This document shows positions 16,514 through 22,789 of a stretch of 22,789 bases of DNA, one piece after another. This DNA comes from Candidatus Thorarchaeota archaeon (GTDB lineage: Archaea > Asgardarchaeota > Thorarchaeia > Thorarchaeales > Thorarchaeaceae). Numbering within the stretch: the first letter of the stretch is position 1; every line of letters starts with the position of its first letter. The stretch is taken from positions 1 to 22,789 of the forward strand of contig JBHIAE010000045.1 in assembly GCA_046758445.1 (NCBI GenBank). The letters are read 5' to 3'. Under the pieces are notes generated by a model. It saw only the letters and a program-made list of their open reading frames with translations. It was not told the DNA's origin and searched no databases. A program made the position numbers and the translations under genes.

Positions 16514-17500
16514 TTGAAGGTACTGGTCCCCTATACCAAAGAGCTGGCAGACACTATACAGAACACTCTGGGAGAAAGGGCAACAGTAGTCCGTTCCGAG
16601 AGGACAGCTGGGTCCATGTTGGAACATGCCGATGATGCCGAAGTTGTGGCATCTGGTCGTGTTCCTGGAGGGTATATTCGTAACGCCAAGAACCTGAAGA
16701 TGATACAATCGCTTGGAGCCGGTATTGACAAGATTGACCGTGAAGCGGTGCTCGAACGGGGCGATATCATTGTCTGCAACAACCATGTGAATGCAGTTGA
16801 AGTGGCTGAGTACGCCATCATGCTTCTTTTCGCTGCATGTAAGAACATCATACTCAATGACAGAGAGCTCCGCAAGGGCGACTGGACCTATGGGTGGAGT
16901 GGTCCCAATCCCAATGTAGAGATCCGCAACAAGACCTGTGTAATAATAGGACTTGGCAGTGTGGGTACAGAAGTTGCCAGGCGTCTAAGAGGGTTCGGAG
17001 TCAGAATCCATGCAATAACAAAGACCGGAAAGAGTCCACAGGCCAGTCTGGTAGACAGAATAGTTGGATCACGTGACACGAAGGAAGTGATTCAAGATGC
17101 CGATTTTATCATTCTGTCACTACCTTTGACCATTGATTCGAGAGAAATGGTAGATGAGGAGTTCATCAGATGGATGAAACCATCATCAATCCTCGTCAAT
17201 ATCTCACGGGGCGAGATCATTGACGAGGCAGCTTTGTTTGATGCTCTGAAAGGGAAGCGAATTCGCGGTGCTGCACTTGATGTATGGTGGAACTATCCTC
17301 AGTGGGGAAAGGCCGAAATGAAGCCCCCCTCGGTGAACTTCCCATATCATGAGTTGGATAATCTTGTGTTATCTCCTCATCGTGCTGCCTACTCAGAGAA
17401 CATCATGAGAGATCAAATCCGCTTTGTGGGAGAGAACATCTTGAGATTCATCAATGGAGAAACGCCTCTAAACATCGTAGACATGAGGAAGGGGTACTAA
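16514..17500 (+). CDS. D-isomer-specific 2-hydroxyacid dehydrogenase
   Basis: GAGID, VAEYA, IIGLGSVG, NISRGEIIDE, AALDVW, SPHRA. Start reassigned to TTG 16514 after GGAGG at 16501. Confidence 0.9.
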   Translation: MKVLVPYTKELADTIQNTLGERATVVRSERTAGSMLEHADDAEVVASGRVPGGYIRNAKNLKMIQSLGAGIDKIDREAVLERGDIIVCNNHVNAVEVAEYAIMLLFAACKNIILNDRELRKGDWTYGWSGPNPNVEIRNKTCVIIGLGSVGTEVARRLRGFGVRIHAITKTGKSPQASLVDRIVGSRDTKEVIQDADFIILSLPLTIDSREMVDEEFIRWMKPSSILVNISRGEIIDEAALFDALKGKRIRGAALDVWWNYPQWGKAEMKPPSVNFPYHELDNLVLSPHRAAYSENIMRDQIRFVGENILRFINGETPLNIVDMRKGY

Positions 17501-17617
17501 GCGCGCCAACAATCGAATCTTGAAGGTGCTTTTCAATGTTGGAGAGTACATGAGAGAAGGAGCAGCACCCTTCTTTGGTGCATCATAGGACATCTTTCAA
17601 CATAGGGGTGACACACC

Positions 17618-19879
17618 TTGACTGAGAGTCAGGTCTTTAAGGAATCCATTACAGCAGACAAACACTACGACCCAGGGGAAACGAGAGTGAGTCTAGAGAG
17701 TCTTTCGGATATTCCAGGCGTGGGTGACAAGGTCAAGAAGACATTGATTGACCACTTCGGCAGTGAAGAAGTCGCCCTCAAGGTAGTAACAGACTCCCGT
17801 GTCGACCTTGTTTCAGCAGTACCTGGAATAGGTGGCAGGCAAGCAGTCAACATAGTGAAGGCAGCCTTCGAGGTGCAGTTCGGTGCGAGTGCTAACACCA
17901 TTCTCAGGAGCGTTGACGTGAGGAAGATATTCGATTCTGTCTTAGGCATCATCCGGGGGTATACAAACACTAGCTATGCGAGAGACAAGCTAGTTCTGTA
18001 CTTTCCTCTGCCTCCAGACAAGCTCGATGTCATTAGAGAGCGGCAGAGCTACTTCGCCAATGCCATCGGCATGTCTCTCAAGCTCACAGATGAACAGACC
18101 GAAACACTACGATCAAATCTGAGTCAAATAAGGGGCCTCTACAGAAGAATGAAGCCTCACCGACTTGAAGGACGCGTCATAATCACAAACGACGCGAAGG
18201 TGTTCGACACTCTAGTAAGCGAGGGTGTAGACAGATGGTGTCCTGTATACGTCATCTCAGAGGGTGAGAACGCAGCAGATTACGCCAAGGGGTATGATCT
18301 AGTCCTCTACATCTCACCTCTTGGAGTCTATGATGACTCTGTTGATATGCTGGACAATGTGGAGATTCTGGGCAAGGACTGGACCGTGGATGATGTCCTT
18401 CCAGAGAGGACTATAGGCTTCTACGCAAGGAACTACAGAGTCATTGATGCAGCCTCTGAGCTCGCAAAGGCCTTTGGGGGTCTGCCTATGAACGACTCGG
18501 TCAAGGGGTTCATTGAGAGTATCGACATCGATAGTCTGAAGGAGGTTGGAGATCTCCTGAAGAATCTGGACGAGGAGGGCGATCTCTCTGAGAATGTCGA
18601 TGCTGAACTTGACCGGTACAGAAGAGCGGTAAAGGCATTCCCAACGGCAATCGCTGAAACCGAGGCCTGGCTCAATGAGGAGATAAAGAACAAGATCTCA
18701 AAGAGCGAGGTGACCCTAGGAGGCCAGCAGATAATCACCATCTTACAGTCAGCAGAAATGGATGGCGTAGAAGGCAGCTCGCTGAGAAACATGCTCCCTG
18801 CAGAGATTGTAGAAACCTTCAGCAATACCACACAGGAAGGCGAAGACAAACTCGTTGAGATGCTCGGGCTCACAATGAAAGAGGCTGATTGGGTCACTGG
18901 TGTCATCAGCGAGGAGATTGCTCTCCCGGTGAAGATGGTTTCAACACAGATTAATGACCTAGAGGATAGACTGAGACGACTCTTCGCAGACCGACAGTTT
19001 GGCCTCATAAAGAAGATAGCCACTCAGCTCGACAAGCTCACTCCTGTGGTGACTGAGGCAGTACAGACCCTTCTAGAGTTCGACCTCTTCTTGGCAGTTG
19101 GTCTGTTCGGCGCGGAGTACGACCTTCGTACTCCGGACATCTCTACAGAGTACTCAGGCGTTGGGGTTCGAGGTGCAAGAAACGTTGCCCTTACAGAGAG
19201 CATGCTGAAGGGTAGGCATGGGAAGGTCCAACCCATAGACTATGCAATTGGGAAGACGCCATTCCAACCAGGCGGCACAAATGGAGAGAACTGTGCAATT
19301 CTCTCTGGCGCCAACAGTGGTGGAAAGACAACAACCATTCAGACACTTGCTCAGATCGTCACCATGGCACAAGCTGGCCTGCCGGTCCCAGCCGACAAAG
19401 CATATCTCCCCCCATTTGAGGAGGTGTATTTCTTCTACAAGAGCCGCGGTGTCGTGAGTGCTGGTGCCTTTGAAGCCACTCTGAAACAGTTCGCAGACAT
19501 AGTGACATCAGACAAGCCAAAGCTAGCATTGTTCGATGAAGTTGAAGCAATCACTGAGCCCGGCAGTGCAGCCAACGTGATTGCAGGCCTCATTGAAATC
19601 TTACAGCGCGACACAAGAAGCTGCACTGTTATCTGCAGTCACATGGCTCGTGAGATCAAGGATGTCACTGAGATTCCTGTCAGAATCGATGGAATCGAGG
19701 CACAGGGTCTTGATGAACAGCTAGAGCTTGTTGTGGACAGGACGCCCAGGTTTGGGTACCTCGCAAGAAGTACTCCCGAGCTCATTGTTGAACGTCTGAC
19801 GAAGCTGTCCAAGGGTAAGAAGAAAGAAGTCTACCAAACGATACTTGAGAACCTCACTGGGGCACGTAGTGATGCCTGA
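17618..19879 (+). CDS. Archaeal MutS5/MutS2-like ATPase with N-terminal helix-hairpin-helix motifs
   Basis: IPGVG and VPGIG HhH motifs; Walker A GANSGGKTT; AQAGLPVPA; AGAFE; Walker B LFDEVEAITEPG; SH. Confidence 0.85.
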   Translation: MTESQVFKESITADKHYDPGETRVSLESLSDIPGVGDKVKKTLIDHFGSEEVALKVVTDSRVDLVSAVPGIGGRQAVNIVKAAFEVQFGASANTILRSVDVRKIFDSVLGIIRGYTNTSYARDKLVLYFPLPPDKLDVIRERQSYFANAIGMSLKLTDEQTETLRSNLSQIRGLYRRMKPHRLEGRVIITNDAKVFDTLVSEGVDRWCPVYVISEGENAADYAKGYDLVLYISPLGVYDDSVDMLDNVEILGKDWTVDDVLPERTIGFYARNYRVIDAASELAKAFGGLPMNDSVKGFIESIDIDSLKEVGDLLKNLDEEGDLSENVDAELDRYRRAVKAFPTAIAETEAWLNEEIKNKISKSEVTLGGQQIITILQSAEMDGVEGSSLRNMLPAEIVETFSNTTQEGEDKLVEMLGLTMKEADWVTGVISEEIALPVKMVSTQINDLEDRLRRLFADRQFGLIKKIATQLDKLTPVVTEAVQTLLEFDLFLAVGLFGAEYDLRTPDISTEYSGVGVRGARNVALTESMLKGRHGKVQPIDYAIGKTPFQPGGTNGENCAILSGANSGGKTTTIQTLAQIVTMAQAGLPVPADKAYLPPFEEVYFFYKSRGVVSAGAFEATLKQFADIVTSDKPKLALFDEVEAITEPGSAANVIAGLIEILQRDTRSCTVICSHMAREIKDVTEIPVRIDGIEAQGLDEQLELVVDRTPRFGYLARSTPELIVERLTKLSKGKKKEVYQTILENLTGARSDA

Positions 19880-19925
19880 AGCACGACTTCCAAAGCAATA
19901 ATCTGCCACTACTGGAGGCCTAGTC

Positions 19926-20498
19926 TTGAAACGAGTGCTCGTTTTCGGCGATGCACACATTCCATCACGACGGGATGCTATTCCAGAGGGGTTCTATACG
20001 CATGTCGAGAACACGAGCTATGCTCTTGGCCTAGTCACAGGTGATCTTGTTCGAGAAACTGAGATGAGGGCCGCGATGCCTCAATTGCCGAAGTGCTACA
20101 TAGTCCAAGGCAATATGGACTATGGTCGTGGATACAACTTCCACGAACAGGTCACCGTTGAGGAGTTCAGCATTCTACTACTGCACGGCACACAGCTCAG
20201 ACCTCGAGGCAGTATCCGGCAGCTCTGGGAGATTGCCACGGAGGTCGGGGCAGATGTCGGAATTCATGGCCATACACACAATGCAACCATAGATCTACAC
20301 AAAGGACGGCTCTTCCTGAATCCTGGAACGGTTTCCGGTTCTACCGGAGGTTGGGCGGGAGTCAGCGATGCGAGTTTCATGGAGCTTGAGGTGACTGGTT
20401 CTGATATCACAGTCATTCTTCACTACACAGACTGGCAAGTTACCAAGAGGTCAGAAGTACGGTTTCGGAAGGAGGAAGGTCAGGTCATCCGTAACTGA
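19926..20498 (+). CDS. YfcE/MJ0936/Vps29-like metallophosphoesterase
   Basis: GDAHIP, TGDL, GNMD, LHG, GHTH, NPGT. Confidence 0.88.
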   Translation: MKRVLVFGDAHIPSRRDAIPEGFYTHVENTSYALGLVTGDLVRETEMRAAMPQLPKCYIVQGNMDYGRGYNFHEQVTVEEFSILLLHGTQLRPRGSIRQLWEIATEVGADVGIHGHTHNATIDLHKGRLFLNPGTVSGSTGGWAGVSDASFMELEVTGSDITVILHYTDWQVTKRSEVRFRKEEGQVIRN

Positions 20499-20523
20499 CG
20501 CACATCCTATGACATCCGACATG

Positions 20524-21153
20524 TCACTCGTTATTTCCCCATGGATCCGGACTTAGAAGGCGTGTATAGAGTCGAACTATGACATTCGTGCTCTCGACCA
20601 TGACAGCTTTGGTTAGCCCCAGCTTCAAATCCACAAGACTGTGCTCGGAGGGCCCCCTAGCTTCAATTGTGACTGTCGAAGTTCCCTGCTCCTCCTGTGC
20701 CATTTCTGACTTGAGAGCAGCAAGTTCTGGCATTGAGGCACGTATCTCCTCTAGCGGGTCAATATCGCGTGTGAACTTGACGCGTGCAAAGAAGAGTGCC
20801 AGTGTCTTCTTGATTGCTCTCTTCTCAGCTGATTCTGCGGATATGTCCGAAACAAGACGCAATGCTCCTGTTCGCAGCTTCTGTGAAACAATCTTCTGGA
20901 CCTTCTCAGCAAGCTCTCGGTCCTGTCCAACAGCGATACCCATACTCATCATGAGCATACGAATCCGGTCCAGAAGGACTCCAATAGTGGCTCCGTCAAG
21001 CGTCTTTGGTCTCATAGACGCACACCAATCGTAGTATGCATCGGAAATCTTACGTAGGCCCTTCCGGTGTCTGGATAGTTCTAGAAGATTCTCTGCTGGA
21101 ATTATCGGGCACCATACTGTCATTGGCCCCCAGTCGGAACCCCTGAAGCTCAT
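20524..21153 (-). CDS. Hypothetical, probably alpha-helical protein
   Basis: An ORF of ~200 aa that fills the gap with protein-like composition and no recognised motif. Start is uncertain (21156, 21153 or 21123). Confidence 0.65.
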   Translation of the reverse strand: MSFRGSDWGPMTVWCPIIPAENLLELSRHRKGLRKISDAYYDWCASMRPKTLDGATIGVLLDRIRMLMMSMGIAVGQDRELAEKVQKIVSQKLRTGALRLVSDISAESAEKRAIKKTLALFFARVKFTRDIDPLEEIRASMPELAALKSEMAQEEQGTSTVTIEARGPSEHSLVDLKLGLTKAVMVESTNVIVRLYTRLLSPDPWGNNE

Positions 21154-21252
21154 CAATGGTCGACAGGGCTGGATTCAGGTCTATTATCAGTCTATTCGTA
21201 ACATATCCCGTGCTTCTGCATATCATAGGAAACCTGGAAATTGCTCTCAATG

Positions 21253-21328
21253 GCATCTGATGCTGAAACCAATGACGAAACTTACCTTTATTGCGCGCGC
21301 CGATTACTTCTAATTGAGCATCAGATGC
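21253..21328. repeat. Pair of GCATCWGATGC palindromes forming a 12-bp inverted repeat
   Basis: GCATCTGATGCT at 21253-21264 and AGCATCAGATGC at 21317-21328. Confidence 0.75.
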
Positions 21329-21393
21329 AGAAGACTTGCATCTGCTTGTTGATGATTTGAGGGAGCATGAAGTCCCCCTAAGAACAGAAGGTT

Positions 21394-21696
21394 GTGTGGA
21401 CCTTGTCGGAGATTCAAATCACTATAGAGATTGTCGACATTCTTGGAACTGGAGAATGTTCCATCGGGCAGAAGGTCGGAGATGTCTTCAACTATCCTGA
21501 AGACCGGGGAAGGATGTGCCCCAACGCCTTACACATCCTATACCCATGGTTGCTTTCGATGCAATCTGGAGGCAGCTTCTCCTTCTTTGACGACGGTGGC
21601 GATAGCATGACTCTTGGCTGTTCCAGCTACCAACACCAAGTTGTCTACAAAGTTTCAAGAAAACGTGTAGAAGACGCAGGAAACTTGAAGACATGA
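21394..21696 (+). CDS. TIGR04076-family small Cys protein
   Basis: GECSIGQKVGD.F, MCPNA...LYP, GG, GCS...VVYKV pattern. Confidence 0.75.
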   Translation: MWTLSEIQITIEIVDILGTGECSIGQKVGDVFNYPEDRGRMCPNALHILYPWLLSMQSGGSFSFFDDGGDSMTLGCSSYQHQVVYKVSRKRVEDAGNLKT

Positions 21697-21842
21697 GTAG
21701 AGCAACAAGAATTGCGGGACTGACTCAAGCGGCATGAAAGGTTGGTCCTCAGTATCGCAGTTACTCAGAATTGCCCAATCCATAGCAATATAATCACATA
21801 TTCTAAAACGTATGGAACAAGTATTGTTTCTCAGGTGAGAAG

Positions 21843-22517
21843 ATGGAGATTACTAGACCTTATTGTTGCAACGAACTGAAAAAGAAGGACGTCATGGACT
21901 CTGTCGGCAAGAAGATTGGGCAGATTGATGAAATGACATTCACATTCGATGGAGAGCTCAAGTTTTCCCACTTCATTCTGGCTGGGCCTGTTTGGGAGGA
22001 AGTTCTTGAGGCCATCAAGCTGAAGCCTGATCAAGACCCGGTTTTCGACTCATCTGCGATTAGCAAGGTAGACAGGCATATACACCTTGAAACCACTGCA
22101 AACCGTCTCTCGACAACCTTGGAGAAAGGTGCTATTTCAGATGACGAGATTCGACTGTCAGAGCTTGAGAAGCTAGACATCATTGATAAGAATGATGTCA
22201 AGGTTGGTCGGGCAATTGATGTGGACTTTGATGTTGATGGCTGCGCTTCAATCATAGCTGGAGGAGGATTCGTTGAGGAGAAGCTCGAGGCCGTCGGGCT
22301 GAAAGACGATGTTGACGTGATAGTGCCATGTGATGTCATCGTCTCCGTGGATGACTCAATTCGGACCTCCGTATCAAGAGATGAGCTTGAAACCACACTG
22401 GATGGAATCTTGAAGGAGAAAGCAAAGGAGATTCAAGACGCAAGGGCTGCTGCGAAGCAAAGACACGATACAAGGAGAGAACGTGTCTATGCTTTTTGGC
22501 CTTACAGTTCCAAATGA
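21843..22517 (+). CDS. Tandem PRC-barrel domain protein
   Basis: Two repeats: ELKKKDVMDSVGKKIGQIDEM and ELEKLDIIDKNDVKVGRAIDV. AGGTGA Shine-Dalgarno site upstream. Confidence 0.8.
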   Translation: MEITRPYCCNELKKKDVMDSVGKKIGQIDEMTFTFDGELKFSHFILAGPVWEEVLEAIKLKPDQDPVFDSSAISKVDRHIHLETTANRLSTTLEKGAISDDEIRLSELEKLDIIDKNDVKVGRAIDVDFDVDGCASIIAGGGFVEEKLEAVGLKDDVDVIVPCDVIVSVDDSIRTSVSRDELETTLDGILKEKAKEIQDARAAAKQRHDTRRERVYAFWPYSSK

Positions 22518-22598
22518 CCTTGAACACAACTCAGAGTCCTAACAAACTGGCCACAACCGACTTAAAGAGGCGTTCAGCTCAATACGCCGCGAGGCAGA

Positions 22599-22789
22599 AT
22601 GGGCGAATTCAAGGTCGTTCTCGCAAGCGGTGCTGAGCATCTGAAACATCGGTTTGAGGAGCTAGGTTTCCAAGTCTTCTCCTCCGCATCTAACTTTGAC
22701 GATAGGCGATTCTTTCCAAACACTGATCTATATGTACGGATTGCAGAGGTCGAAGAGCTAGCGGACCAAAGAGTTGTAGTCATTCAGAG
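22599..22789 (+). CDS. prs: Ribose-phosphate pyrophosphokinase-like protein, N-terminus (runs off the window)
   Basis: My translation is MGEFKVVLASGAEHL...RRFFPNTDLYVRIAEVEELADQRVVVIQ, resembling PRPP synthetase FPDGE.YVRI...V.I.QS. Not in the ORF track. Confidence 0.6.
   Translation, partial: MGEFKVVLASGAEHLKHRFEELGFQVFSSASNFDDRRFFPNTDLYVRIAEVEELADQRVVVIQ

Noticed and set aside
4319-20579. Long antisense or alternate-frame ORFs (e.g. 4319..4900, 5466..6050, 16283..16786, 18433..19023)
   Set aside because: They are shadows of well-supported genes and carry no recognisable motifs.
21253-21330. Hammerhead ribozyme (CTGATG...CGAAAC) or SECIS (ATGA...GA)
   Set aside because: The core reads CUGAUGC rather than CUGANGA, stem II does not pair, there is no SECIS upper stem and no selenoprotein candidate is adjacent.
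1-22789. CRISPR array, rRNA/tRNA genes, transposases or integrases
   Set aside because: I saw no regularly spaced repeats or corresponding motifs.

Overview
This is a gene-dense archaeal chromosomal window. Archaeal markers include IPK, CTP-dependent RibK, archaeal-type ProRS, Tyw1, a proteasome beta subunit, TATA boxes and GGAGG/AGGTGA Shine-Dalgarno sites; an Asgard/Thorarchaeia origin is plausible but is only my inference. It holds about 22 CDS: a prenol kinase plus IPK, a GT4, a convergent pair of COG1665-like nucleotidyltransferases, trm5, DUF371, pcm, wHTH-ribK, translin, tyw1, a B12 radical SAM, psmB, Nog1, rtcA, nadM, proS, a 2-hydroxyacid dehydrogenase, MutS5-like, a Vps29/YfcE-like phosphoesterase, a hypothetical protein, TIGR04076, a tandem PRC-barrel protein and a truncated prs. 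The main unexplained signal is a diverged non-coding element present twice in inverted orientation (4791-4977 minus; 9746-9970 plus). Each copy has an upstream 18-bp motif, a TATA box at identical spacing and a ~106-nt segment that folds into covarying stems with probable pseudoknots. I interpret this as a candidate structured ncRNA that I cannot assign to a known family. One copy ends 7 nt before a nucleotidyltransferase start codon, and the two copies bracket the trm5...tyw1 block. All assignments are from motif recognition and hand alignment; no searches were run.
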